From Balanoglossus misakiensis (Eukaryota; Animalia; Hemichordata), in NCBI GenBank assembly GCA_040954595.2, contig CM082596.2:124001-188000 (forward strand): 64,000 bases of DNA. Direction: 5' to 3'. The notes beneath the pieces were generated by a model, which had not been told where the DNA came from, made no database searches, and worked only from the letters and a program-made list of their open reading frames with translations. Below, piece by piece: positions 24,064 to 36,817 of the stretch. Positions within the stretch are counted from its first letter, which is position 1; every line of letters starts with the position of its first letter. The position numbers were made by a program, and so were the translations under genes.

Positions 24064-27000
24064 ATGAAAATCAGAGAGTATTTTTGTTTTATTCTTGGAT
24101 TCGCCAGCGCGTCAGTGTTCTACTTAACATTCAGACTTTCTGCTACTCTCAGCGTAGACAGGCGTTTCATCGAGTAAGTATTGTCATGTATTTCGCATTC
24201 CCAGAGCGAAGTCCCTGAGTTCAGACTACTTCAGGTAATGCACCGGGCCCAAGTTAAGAAAAAAACCACACGACAATTCAAGTCTCTTTGAACTGATGGC
24301 GCTTTAAAATGAAAACGTCTACCTCTGCTCGCCCTACGGTCTATATATGAAAAATAGGCCAAACCAACCAAAATTCGATTGACTATAAGTACACCATGAA
24401 ACATTTATTCCATAAAATGTCTACACCTGTTATTTTATTTTTTGTTTGTTGCAGTATTTCGCACTCTTCGAATTTACGACAAGCAGTCATTACAGCATCT
24501 TCTCAGAGACACACGAAGTCCCCAACGCCTTTGCCGATGAAAGTTTTAAACCACCTCATGGTAGATGATTGTAAACTAAAAGAATTCTTTCACGTGGATG
24601 GTCCCCTGGATTTGACAAAAGAAAACCTTCCTTATATAAAGAGAAGCGTCCGGGCCACATATACAAGGCCCCATAGATTATCCAACAACTACCAGATACC
24701 GGTAGCGTATACGTATTGTCAGGGTTGAGTTTTTTAGGGGGGGGGGTGGTATTCGTGTTATTTAAGAATGATTTTATTGAGTCGGGTTTGTCACTGCCAA
24801 AAGTATGCAAATAAGCTGAAATATTTATAGGTATAAATGTACCTTATTAATGAACGACGTCCAAGGCAATTGTATGTTAGGGTTCAGCAGTGAGATTGAA
24901 ATCGGTTTTATCACATTTCATAACGTACTGATACTGACATCCTTTGCGTGTTATTTTCTTCGTCGACACAATATAATTTTCCATTATGTTAATTAGATCT
25001 GATAATACTGATTCCACTAATATCACATTAATTTCATTCTTTGAAATGTGTTCTCTTTTCACACGCTTTGAATTCATTGCAGACGTGCGCAAACAGTCTG
25101 CGCAATGCCTCGGGTCCATCAACATGGTTTAACCAGCGATTCAATCCGAAACTGAAACAGTTCCTGGACAAAGATGACATCAATAAGTGGGACAATTTTT
25201 ACAATTTATCTTTCTGTCCGTCTTTGCCATTAGGATTAAGAAATGTTTCAAGAAGAGGTAAGAAAATCAAATTTATGTTATCGGGACAACATTATAATCA
25301 GTCGACATACTGCTGAAATTACATAGTTCTTAATTGTGAATTGTTTCTAAGAATGATGGCTGTGCCATTATCTCAGTAGACTTCTGAGAAATTAAAGTTT
25401 GCCGATTTCTGTCTGTAGGCTTCTGCTTGTGCGCGTGGGCGCGCGCGCGTCACGTGTCATAGATAACAACAGGGTTTGGTTTGTGGATGGTCATACCTGA
25501 CTACATTTTGATGGTCGATGCGTTATGTGTAATATAAAGTTATTAAAATCATTTTTCCTGATTATGGTTGTCTTCAGATGTTCGAGCATGTGGTTTCACT
25601 GCCGTGTGGTATTTATACTGATAACAATTGTTTGTTTTAGGTTTAATTCGTCTAGTTAACAACGGCAATTACTCAGCCGAGCCAATCTTCGGGAAAAGAT
25701 CAGCAGCACAAAATAAGTGCATTCGTTGCGCTGTTGTGGGAACAAGTGGAATTTTGAAAGGGTCCAACATTGGAAGCGAAATTGATTCGTACGAATATGT
25801 GTTCCGGTAAGGGAGAACCACGTTCAATTTTTGTTTAGTGTGATGCAACTTTTTCCCGTTCGTCACGTGAAAGCAAGACTTTTGTAGTAGTGTTGAGTCG
25901 ATTCAAGATTTTATATGTGTATAGCCTAACTGATCGTGAAAGTGAATGGCTTTTATCATTTTGTAACTTGTAGAATGAATAATGCGCGATTACGAGGCTT
26001 TGAAAAAGATGTTGGAAGTAAGACAAGTGTTTATGCCGCATTTCCACAATCCATATATGTCAGAGATATGATCAACTTTAAGGTAAGATATAGCCCTGTC
26101 TTATTTCTTATAATGCGAAATGTTTGCCGTTCCGTAATACGTTTGGACAGTGTCAAGACACCCCCGTTAGGCGACGCAATTTTACGTGTTTACTTTCGGC
26201 TGGGTTCAAGGGCCCAAACATTGGTGCCAACAAAAAAGACTCGGTCCCGCCCGTTCGACAAATGACACACTTCAGTATCCACGAAGACAGACACCAAATC
26301 GTAAAAACACAATACATATTTTCAATGAAGACGCGGTCGCGCGCACATAGCCTGTGAAATCGATAATGTAAGACGTACTTTGTATAAATGTTTACGCATC
26401 GGGCGATGCGCTAATCACGATGTCTTCGTGCATACTTCGCGGTCTTTTCGAAATATTAATAACCTTATACAAACTCACCTCGCCACTCGTAGTATTAACG
26501 GGAGAAGAGAAGGCTTCATATTTCGCCGTCTACTGTACCATAGTGATGCCATCGCAGAATATGCGTGCTGGCCATTCGCAACGTGACAGCTAATGGTGGA
26601 CTAATTATCATAGTACGGATACACAGGTGTACACGGCACGTTTGCATACATATGCAAATTAGACCAACAATGCCAGGTCACAATTTATAGTTGAATAATG
26701 TATCTGTAATCAATGAAAGTACACATCAAAATTTTATTTGCGACCGTCACATTGACAATTTTATTCTCTCTTCAGGATGTCTACTTTATCGCTCCAATAT
26801 TTACACGTTTTATGGTGTCATGGTTGGAATTATTCCTGAATGACACTATGGCCACTATACCAAAACTGTGAGTTAAAGTTATTTGTATTGTATTTCAAGA
26901 ATAATTTATTAGACTATGAATGACAGCTAACAGGCAGATACTTCATCTATTGACATTATGTGAAATAACAAGTTTCTACATCTATATTATAGTTCTTCCA

Positions 27001-28086
27001 GGAATTTCAATAATGGCTCTTTGTTTAATCCAAGAAGAATAAGAATATTGCATCCAGATTTTCTTAGGCACTTCCAGATGAATTTTCTCAACGGAAAGGG
27101 ATTTTACCCATCAACCGGTAAGTACTGATATGAATGTTTTCATGGGTGAAGTAAATACATGTAATGTATAACTAATACACTCAATGCGAATTTCGCGAAC
27201 GCGCAAGGTTTCATGGGAAATCGCGGAAGTGCGGAAAAGACGACGCGACGCGAACGGACAGATCCTCGGCTGCCGAGAGAGCAGCGCCCGGCCGTCCGCG
27301 TACGTTCAGCCCGTAGTCTCGCTGTGCGACGTCGGCTTCACATTTTCGTGGACCGACGTCGTAATTTTTCTGATTATATTTTAATCTATCTGTACCAGAG
27401 GAACATAGACACTTCAGAAAAATTGTCTTGAAGTACTATATTTCACCGAAATATTTCCGTAAACACGAAACAAACAGATTCAGACAGTGTTCCCCCAAGG
27501 CTCGCCGCTAAAGCACATGATACGATATCTTACCGATCATACAATATTTCAGTCTAATAACATACATGGGGGTACTCACCAGTGAGCGTATCAACGAGTA
27601 CTTGGTGTCGTTTTATTTGCCCCTTTGTATTTTGACGATTTGCACGCAAAAATCGGCCTCTTCCGTGTTACAGCATAGCGTCGTCTGGTCATTTTCCGCA
27701 CTTCCGCTCCGCGATTTCCCATGAAACCTTGCGCGTTCACGAGATTGCGCATTGGGTGAATTATAATCTTACACAAAGCAAAAATTACACAAAGCGGAAC
27801 CTCTATTGCTAACAAACATTTTTTTACGTTGTCTTCAGGTGCAATTACAGCAGCATTTGCTCTTTATAACTGCGACGAAATCAAAATGTTTGGGTTTGGA
27901 GTGACCAGCAGCTCGTTTCTGCATTATTATGATTCAAAAAATGCATCCAGAATTACAAAAGGACGAACCAATCACAACTTCCTGAATGAATGGGAACTTT
28001 GGAATATGTTAGAAGAGAACAAGATTGTCAGCTTTTATCGGCCGAATATCACAGAAAGGTTAAATAAAACTGACATTCGACCTTGA
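24064..28086 (+). CDS. GT29 sialyltransferase, ST6GalNAc1/2-like (alpha-N-acetylgalactosaminide alpha-2,6-sialyltransferase), about 423 aa, type II membrane protein
   Basis: Exons 24064-24173 (MKIREYFCFILGFASASVFYL, TM anchor), 24455-24701, 25083-25257 (TCANSLR..WFNQRFNPKLKQFLD, ST6GalNAc1/2-like), 25641-25806 and 25974-26082 (sialylmotif L: CAVVGTSGILKGSNIGSEIDSYEYVFRMN..GFEKDVGSKT), 26776-26867, 26993 (or 27002)-27117, 27839-28086 (motif S PSTGAITAAFALYNCDEIKMFGF, motif III HYYD, motif VS HNFLNE). Confidence 0.9.
27178..27758. mobile_element. ~580-bp non-autonomous DNA transposon (MITE) with ~60-70 bp terminal inverted repeats, in the last intron of the sialyltransferase
   Basis: Left end cactcaatgcgaatttcgcgaacgcgcaaggtttcatgggaaatcgcggaagtgcggaaaa; reverse complement of the right end cacccaatgcgcaatctcgtgaacgcgcaaggtttcatgggaaatcgcggagcggaagtgcggaaaa. 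No clear target-site duplication. Confidence 0.85.
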
Positions 28087-28836
28087 AGACTTCAAAGAAA
28101 GTGAAATAATCGAAGTAATAATTATATGATCCCGAGAACTTAGTTTTTTAATTGGTCCTCAAAATGATCATGCCTTCACCTGTGTACAATAATACGAATT
28201 TCAAAGAACGCTTTCTCAAAACTACATGCATGTTGTAATAAATTGTGCAATCAGATTTTAAACCAACCAACCAATAAATCTATGCGATTTATTTCGAGAT
28301 CATAGAGCAATCTTACTTGTTTTAGTTTTTTATATTAAAAATTTTGAAGGAAATGTAACATGAAACTATTGACATTTGGTATACAATCATCGCGAGACAT
28401 TCTAAATCAGTGAAAACATTTTTTTCTGTCAAATTTATCGGGTTTTTTTTCTGAATAAATTATGTATTTTTATACATGTATAATTGCATTGACATGTTTC
28501 ATATTCTCGGGATTTGATTGACTGATTTATATGCATGTACCTAGCTAACTACATAGCTGATCGACCAAGGCAAATTATCAGCGTGGCTAAATATCCACTC
28601 GAAACCCCACAGCACCTCTGTAGACCATAGCCTCGCTTTGAAAACAACATCCGAGGAAAGAGGTAAACGAGTTGAGCAACAGCACGTACATTACTTTACA
28701 AAGAGTAGGCCTACACATTCGTTGTGTTCTTTTCAAGTTACAATGGCGGAAGGTGTCGACTAGAGTTCGAAGGATTGTTTGTAGAGGCGATATAAATCAT
28801 AAACAGGCCTGACTCAAGTTTAGGGGAAATTTAGAT

Positions 28837-29852
28837 TTATCCGTCAACTGATGGCGCCGTTGGCATCGGAGCTTGCTGCTGGGAATCCGAAGTCATCGGT
28901 TGGCTCTGACCAGACAAGTACGCCTCTTTAGAAGTTGGGTAGGATGCTTGAGGAGGCGGTGGATAAGCTACCGACGATGGTGGGTGTCCGCCTTGAGGCT
29001 GTGGTTGGTAGGTTCCCGGCGGTGGTGGGTACACTCCTTGGGGAGGAGGGTAGGCTCCGTGGGGTTGTGGATATGCTGCCTGGGGTGGTGGGTACCCTGG
29101 CTGTGAGTGGTATTGATAGGCGGCTCCCTGTGGAGGTGGTGGTTGTTGTTGTTGCGTTGTTATGACAACAGTAGTAGTTGGTGCAGTTGTTGCTTGGGGA
29201 GTATAACGATGTCTTAGGTCTTCATTGACAGATCCAACAAGACATGGCATTCTTATAATATCAATAATCCATCCAATACCGAATAGGCCAAACGTGAATG
29301 TGTACAAAATACCCCAACAGACACGTTCCAGATAATAGTGGTGTAGACCTAACAATACAAATGAATAAATAAATAAATAAAACACATTTGTTTTATTGTC
29401 ACATCTTTCTTCGATGGTCGTCGCGGAGTACCATTGGAAAAGACCTGACGATATATGCATATGAGGTCATATCAGGCACACCCTGAGTCAAAATGGTTTA
29501 AACGGACGTTTTCCGCAACGAAATGATCAAAAATGGTCAATAAAACCTAAAACTAGATTTTGAAATATTTACCAAGCCAGCCGAAAGGAAGGACCAATAT
29601 GTAGGCATCGTCCAATCGTTTCTGTGGTGGTGTGGGATGTCCTTGGTTCATATCCTCGATTTCATCGTTGATACTTCCAACCAAACATGGCATACGTACG
29701 ATATCACAAAACCATCCCCATCCCAATAAACCCAGTGAAAACAGATACGTCAAACCCCATCCGGTCCGACCCAAGTAAAAATGATGCAGTCCAAGCCAAC
29801 CGAATAGTATACAGAAAAGATAAGACGCGCATAAGTTTTTCTTGGCGGCCAT
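28837..29852 (-). CDS. Tandem TM2-domain membrane protein with a Pro/Gln/Tyr-rich C-terminal tail (263 aa)
   Basis: Exons 29573-29852 and 28837-29348 (phase 1). Two near-identical TM2 units: FGWLGLHHFYLGR..GWGWFCDIVRMPCLV and FGWLGLHHYYLER..GIGWIIDIIRMPCLV. Confidence 0.88.
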
Positions 29853-30332
29853 TGTCCCCTATACAGCAGGTACTGTCCGCGACAGGTACAACGAATCGAA
29901 GAACAGCTCTTCACGGATCTATCTCGACAACCAAATAGGTGTATTAAGGTCGATTAATATAGACCTCTGCCTTAATCATTAACAATATGTGGCACTGTTC
30001 AAACACATGCAGGCGTCATTGAGGTCGAACAATAATGTGGAATGGTTTTATATGTCATGTATTCTGACTTAATTAACTTCCTCACCATCAATGCCATCCC
30101 GATATTTCGGTATAGTATTGGTTATATAAAAAAAAACATAAATAAATTCAACTTTCGGTATAGACCGTCACGTGATATCGAACTTATTCTGGCGTATACG
30201 CGCATTATTCTGGCGCGCACGCAGTTCTATGGAACTTGTTGCAATGATCACGGTGATTATTTGAAGTGTTAACTGTCCATGCTGAGAAGAATCTTTGTTG
30301 AACTCTGAATGTCCGAACGATAAAACTGATAA

Positions 30333-31585
30333 ATGGGTGAAAATACTGCAAGTATTTCAAGTGGAAATTTTGAACGACCACAAGACGGTAACGATGATGC
30401 TGAAAACGAGTACGAACATGACAAGAACGCGACCGTAGAGGGCGATGCAAGTATGATGGGTTATGATGAGAGATGCCAGCCACGACGATCAAAGCCAAGA
30501 TCTAGAAGCCAAGAGGCATCAGAACAACAGACAGACGTAAAGACGAGAATGGAACTTCGGGATAAGATCATTTCACAACTGAGGGATAACCAGCTACCAG
30601 TGGCAAACAGTAATCGGCTAGCGAAAACATACTCAGACGCCGACACATTAAATATATCAGCTCGTTATCTTTGTTTTCAGAACCATGACCTTGCACTTAA
30701 AAGATCAGAAAGTGAGACCTTCAGAAGGAAAGTTGACAAATTGCAATTGGAAAACAATGAGCTGAAACGAACCATTTCCCGACAGGAAAAATTGCTTTTG
30801 GAACATAAGAAACGATTGGAGAAATTTGGATCTATTGATGTAGAAAGGAGAAAATTAATTCGAAAGAATGACAATCTCTTAAAAGAAATCAACGAAATGA
30901 AAGAAGACAAACTTAAGGTAGAGGTAAGTATCTCGATTGCACATTATTTATGCTCAAAATTCGCACACAAACTCTGATGACTTGTTTGTCATGAACTGCA
31001 ATGTAACACACGTGCAGGATGTGTTGACAAGCAAAGAACTAAGTAAATTAGCATGCTGTGTGGAGTAGAATAAGACAATTTGGTACACAGAACAAAAATA
31101 TTGAAAATAAAGCCAGAAGTTACAGCTAATGTCCCTTTTAGTTTCTTTCCTTTTCATTATCCCCCCCACCCCCCCCCCCCTCAATTCCCTCTTCAAAGGT
31201 CCAAAACAATGGATTTGGGAATAACCATGGTGCTGAAAGGGGGGTGGTGGTTAAATCATTGTTCACTGACCAACCTTTTTGATCTCTGACTCTACAGGCT
31301 GAGCAGAAACAGCAGAAACAGATGATGTTACGGCGATGCATGATGTTAGAGCTCAGTAACGTACAGAACAACTCAGCAATAGAGAAGTTGTCAAATGATA
31401 ATGCACAACTAGAGAAATCACTATCCAAGGCTACTTCTAATCTCGAAGTTTTAGGCAGAGTTTGCCGTGAGATGGAGATCATGCTACTGGAAAAAGGATT
31501 GGATTTCAAAAATTTCATGGACAGCAGTGATCCATTGAAAGTAAAAATTTATGAAGCAACATGTGAACGCAATTTTGAATATTAA
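30333..31585 (+). CDS. Uncharacterised coiled-coil protein (292 aa)
   Basis: Exons 30333-30923 (GAG then gtaagt) and 31298-31585 (ctacag then GCT), phase 0; long E/K/L heptad region; AATAAA at about 31660. Confidence 0.78.
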
Positions 31586-33540
31586 AAAAAATGTTGGATG
31601 TGGTGGAAATGAAATATCTGAACAATGAATGCAGAAATGGATATTCAAAGTTAATTTAAAATAAAATCACACCCACATACTTTCTCATTTGTTATTATTT
31701 CATTTGTGCTAATTTTGAGTGAAATCACTCTGACATGCCCCCCCCCCCCCCCCCCCCACGTCAACGACTGTGTCTGCAGCAGGGATTACCACAAATCCCA
31801 ACCGAAACATCAAAATAATTGGATAAGTTCGTTCAGTTTATTAAATCTCTTCTTTTCTGTGGCTCATCAAAATATTTACAAGTCTGATTGAAGTCCTAAC
31901 ATTTCATATTGGTTTGCTTATAAATCCAGTCAACATCCATGACAAATCAATGCAGACAAGACACAGACAAAAAATTTCAATTGACAATCATATAGTTCAA
32001 ATATATACAAATAACACAGCATGTAGGTCGAATCTTATATACTATGCTATAAATAAGTACGTGTGCTGTGCCATGCTAACTAGTATGCAAAAAAGCAAAG
32101 AAAACTCAAACATTTCATCATCTATTAATTTATCACTTGTACTAAACATACATGTTCGGATGCCATGCCAAAGCTTGCATTGCAACACTTCCCAAAACTT
32201 TCATATCATCCTGATTTCTTTAGAAATGTTCAATTCATTTTTAGTATTTGAATAAAAAACTGAAAATTAGGAAATCGAGATAAACACTTATATTAACCTT
32301 TGTTTTTCACATTCCGAGTCTTCCGACTGGAAGCTTAAATTCATTTCAAAGGCAGACTACTAGTAAATCACTTACAGCTTCGTGAGATTATGAAAGATCT
32401 TTGAGATTTATAGTAGATTCGATGGTAGACTGTTCTAAATTGACTATGGTACTAATTTGAGGTGGTTCTTTAAAACTACATGTATAGATTTAAGTACTAA
32501 TTTTACTAGTAAACAAGTTTGTCTCACAAGATCTATAAACATAGAAGACCTGAAATGCACTGTACATGCATGACAGTAGGGATAGACATAGAATACATTC
32601 AATTCCCGAAGGTGTTAAGTTACATGATGATTAATCAATCACAATTTTTCTGGCATGGGATACGCTTCAATCATATTAATGTGTTGAATGGTTATGTAGT
32701 TGCAAAACACAAGGCTGCTGCCTGTGTGAAATTTTACATAAGACATATCAGACTGCAAGATCATGCGAACTGTAGGGAGAATATTAGAATACTATAAGTT
32801 TGTAAACATTCAATACATTATATTAATTTTCAAAATGACTAGTGACTTACTATTGCACTAAACACTATGTAATGTAAATGAAGTCAGAAGGCTATGTATA
32901 CAGAAATTTCTATGCATATCAAATGCGAATCAACACATTCTAATGAGATTGAGAGGGAACATCAAACCAGCCAAATGCAGGCAATGTTTCCAGTCATGCA
33001 AGCCCCAATTTTATTATCTGAACAGCCTGCAGTAAAACATTATCATAAACCCATAAATTACCTTTCTCAAGACTCTCAATTTGCCTGACACTTAGATAAT
33101 ATAGTGCACTGTGCTGTATGGGAATTAATAAATATATGCAATATTCAGACCATTTAAAACCGGTCCCTGGACGCGACTCCATAGACATGAAGAGAATGTT
33201 TAGTACATGTGTATGTAGCTCTAAGTACCAAAACTTTCCTCATTTAAGCAGCTCTATAAATGATAATTTTTAAATAATGTACATGATAAAACTGTTTCTC
33301 TATTTTGCAGATCGCTACTCAAGGCAAGGAATGTTATGTAAAACTGAATAATCTAGTCAAACATATTCTCATGCATTGTTTTCTAGAACAACGATGTGAT
33401 TATTATATATTACTAAAAATACCATGTTTGATGAAAAATCATTCTTTTATCATCACAGAATCAACTTTACTTCTGCACACAAAAACTCACTTTACTTGAA
33501 GCAACAAACATTCTGTCTTTGAAATGGTAGACGTTTTTGT

Positions 33541-35316
33541 TTATTGCTGTTCTGAGATGTCCGTGATTATTTTTGGCAGTTTCAAACTACAACATGCTAA
33601 TCCATTCATCTTTTGTTGGAGCTGTCCCACAATCTCCCACTTATTTGTTTTGGGGTCATATCTCTCAATTCTATCAGTTTTACCTTGTGCATTCCAAGAG
33701 TAGCCCCCTGCTATGTATATTTTATTGTTAACAACTGACAGGATAGTTTCACTATGTGGTGTCATGAGTGAACACATCACTGACCACTGGTCACTGGCTG
33801 GATTGTACCCTTCCACTGTCATCACATCTACACGGTCACCATTGGTGTTCAGATGATTTCCACCCATTACATACAACATGTCCATGACTGTACACATACC
33901 ATGCCATCCACGTCTTGTGTGCATACAGCTTCTGGTTTCCCATGTATTAGTTGAAGGATTATAACACTGTAAACAATCTGTGTATCTTCCATTACTCCAT
34001 CCACCAGAGACATAAAGTTCATGTCTGTAAGTTGATCCAGCATGTGCATTCCGTGGTTCATCTAATGGGGTGACGCACACCCAGCGATTTTCACACGGGG
34101 TGTAGCATTCAACAGTGTTCACCTGCCCCCTTGCATTCTTTCCTCCAACAGCATACAATTTGCCATCAAGTGAACTCAGATGAAATCTGCAACGAGGCTC
34201 CTGTAATGAAGCTATCCTCATCCATTCATTGAAGCGGGGGTCATACCGGAATGCTGCACTGACTGCCTCTTTGCCGGCCGTGTCTTTGACATTCTGTCCA
34301 CCAACACAGTACAGATATCCATCCATCACAGTCACATTATGATAATATACACCCATTTGCATGGAAGTCAGTTCAACATTCTTACCATTGCTGCAATATG
34401 CCATCATCTTTTCTGATGGCTTGCCTTTGTAGCCTCCAAGGGTGACCAGCGTCTCCTCTGATGTCCGTAGCTGTGTTCTGCTATTCTGCTGCAGGTGTTG
34501 ATGAAAGGGCATAGATTGGTACGTGAATGCTTCTAGAAGTAACTTCATGCAATTTGCATCTTCTGTCATGAAATCAATTGCGCGCACTCGATTGGCAAGA
34601 TCAAACGGCTTCATCAGTGGAAACCTAACATTTTCCATCAACTGAGTGGCATACTGAAGCCTGTCTTCACAACCATGGCGAATCCAGTCAGCAGCAATTT
34701 CAAACAAATCTAACTCGGCACATCCACAGATGTCGTTACTACTCAGAAAGCCTTTCAGGTCACTGAATGGCAACTGTAAGAACTCCTCCAGTTTGGACAC
34801 TTCTTTGAAATTCTGCATAAGGAAATTATAGGTCACACTTTGAACACTGAGCAGATGAAAAGTCTGTGCCATTTGGTAGATCAACAAACAGTTCTCAATG
34901 TCTACTTCATTTTCAAGGAAGTGAGAACACACATTGATACATGGTGTGACTTGCAAGTGAGTTGTTGTCGATAAAATATCTTGGATGTTCCCCATACTGA
35001 GTTCGATCTCCCCTTCATAGACAAATTGAAGGACATCTTGCAAACCCTTTGCAGTGATCCCCTTCAATTCAACTTCTCTTTCCACAGATTCCTTCATTCC
35101 ACCAGTAAACATGGCCTTGAAGTAGTCACTGCAGGCAGCCAGAACACATCTGTGGGCTTCAAACTGTTTGCCTTCAGCAATCAGTGTCACATCATGCAGA
35201 AGAGCTTCACAATGCAGTATGTTCAGGCCACTAAGCATGTTAGCACTGTAGTTTGGAGCAATAATTTTCTTTGTTTCATACTTCTCTGATGATATATCAG
35301 CCTGCCCAGAGGCCAT
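33541..35316 (-). CDS. Kelch-like protein A (BTB-BACK-Kelch; KLHL9/13/26/36-like Cul3 adaptor), intronless CDS, 591 aa
   Basis: BTB (DVTLIAEGKQFEAHRCVLAACSDYFKAMFT), BACK (VRFPLM), Kelch repeats with GG/Y/W (LYCVGG..RYDPRFNEW, LYAVGG, LYVSGG, LYVMGG, IYIAGG). A 5' UTR intron is likely at ~35333-36030. Confidence 0.95.
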   Translation of the reverse strand: MASGQADISSEKYETKKIIAPNYSANMLSGLNILHCEALLHDVTLIAEGKQFEAHRCVLAACSDYFKAMFTGGMKESVEREVELKGITAKGLQDVLQFVYEGEIELSMGNIQDILSTTTHLQVTPCINVCSHFLENEVDIENCLLIYQMAQTFHLLSVQSVTYNFLMQNFKEVSKLEEFLQLPFSDLKGFLSSNDICGCAELDLFEIAADWIRHGCEDRLQYATQLMENVRFPLMKPFDLANRVRAIDFMTEDANCMKLLLEAFTYQSMPFHQHLQQNSRTQLRTSEETLVTLGGYKGKPSEKMMAYCSNGKNVELTSMQMGVYYHNVTVMDGYLYCVGGQNVKDTAGKEAVSAAFRYDPRFNEWMRIASLQEPRCRFHLSSLDGKLYAVGGKNARGQVNTVECYTPCENRWVCVTPLDEPRNAHAGSTYRHELYVSGGWSNGRYTDCLQCYNPSTNTWETRSCMHTRRGWHGMCTVMDMLYVMGGNHLNTNGDRVDVMTVEGYNPASDQWSVMCSLMTPHSETILSVVNNKIYIAGGYSWNAQGKTDRIERYDPKTNKWEIVGQLQQKMNGLACCSLKLPKIITDISEQQ

Positions 35317-36030
35317 ATTGATTTGTTTGCAACTGGATCAGTTGAAAGAGACAGGGGAAAAAGAAGAAATCCCAATGAGCCAAGTAAGAGCCTTTGAGTA
35401 AATTAATTCACACCAGTGATCCAGTGATTTCACGCATGTTTCTATGGTGATAATTCTACTCACATCTCAATGTATGTAAAGACAGTTATGAGAGTAAAAC
35501 AACATAACTGTCACCATAGCAATATTACAATGCTGTGATGCAAAATAAGACCCCGGTTGTTCAAAATTTATGTTTCTGTCTCTACATACATTAATATTTT
35601 AATTATCATTTGGCGAGTTCTGATAATTTGAACGAAACAAGAATATCGTGTGACTGAATATTAAATTTATTACAATTTACATTTCAGATGTTTGACAGGC
35701 AATCACGACATCCAAGTAGTATAAATAATCACAGACTGAAATTATAAAAATAAGAGTCAAAAGACACCATGACACCATCATTGCCCTCATTATATGGAAG
35801 AAAAGGCTATTTCCTCATTGTTCTGGGGCCAAGTGGTTTAGTGTACTGTTTATGCATAATTTACGGTACCTCTTTCCCCGGGACTTCCGGGCAGTACTGC
35901 ACCGACCCGAGCGAGCAGGTCAGGGTTGCTTTGACACAAGTCGAATTGATAAATTTTATATTGATTCTGCCGAAGAATAAGAACCCACTACTTCAAATGG
36001 AGGGGAAAGAAAGGATTTACTGAAACTTAC

Positions 36031-36451
36031 TTGATATTCTTGGAGCCCGAGTTGTACACTGCTATCGCCTCGACCTTGTTAGTTTTCAGTCCCCAAGACA
36101 GGAAGTGCGTCACATTTTAACCACCTAGTGCCATGAAATTTTGTCAGCAAAAGGTTTGTTGTTCCGTAATAATATTATGACCAAAGTGGTCGAATTATTG
36201 CATAAAAATTCAGTATTTCTCTCTCAATGACCATTACCTACACTACGGTGAAAAATTCGTTTTTGTCATTTGTAAATAAGACGGGAAAAAACTGTTATGG
36301 GTTAGGTAGTTCAGTTTGACCTTTGGTCTTTGTTTGACCTAATTCTGCTACTTCCCGGATACGAAATAACGCAGTGGTGTCGGCCTCGGAAACGACATCG
36401 TGACTAGATTGATCCCGTTACTTCTGATGGTCGGTTTAGCATTAAGTTAAG
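36031..36451. promoter_or_regulatory. Putative bidirectional promoter and non-coding first exons of the two Kelch genes
   Basis: Minus-strand donor (acttac, 36025-36030) and plus-strand donor (gtaag at 36452) face outward; ETS-like caggaagt at about 36099-36106; CpG enriched. Confidence 0.55.
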
Positions 36452-36817
36452 GTAAGACTGTCCGAACATTGGTTAGCTACAGTACCGTTTGTCGAGGTTT
36501 TGCTTGATGATGACTCTGTTGGTGGTACGAGTCTGAAACTTTGGAAATTGATCCGGTGAATTATGAAACGCAATGTGATGCTATCTAATTTTGTACGGTT
36601 GCATCAACAGTTATAAACGCCAGGGCCCATGACCTTTTTTCATGGATGATATACGTAGGCCCCCGGCACATTTACATGTATGTACATGTGTGCCTTGGTA
36701 CACAGGTCCATAGTACATGATCATCTGGCATGGCTGAGATTTAACATACACACACATGACGACAGTGTTCATCTGGTAGTTGATCATTTGTTTTCGAATT
36801 ATGTACTCGCAGGTATA

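Noticed and set aside
26130-26620. CpG-rich segment in a sialyltransferase intron with short tccgta/tacgga ends
   Set aside because: Probably a repeat insertion, but the inverted ends are too short to define boundaries or class.
36680-36817. N-terminal extension of the 645-aa Kelch ORF
   Set aside because: It lies in the predicted 5' UTR intron; the acceptor at 36811-36812 and paralog alignment favour the ATG at 36818.
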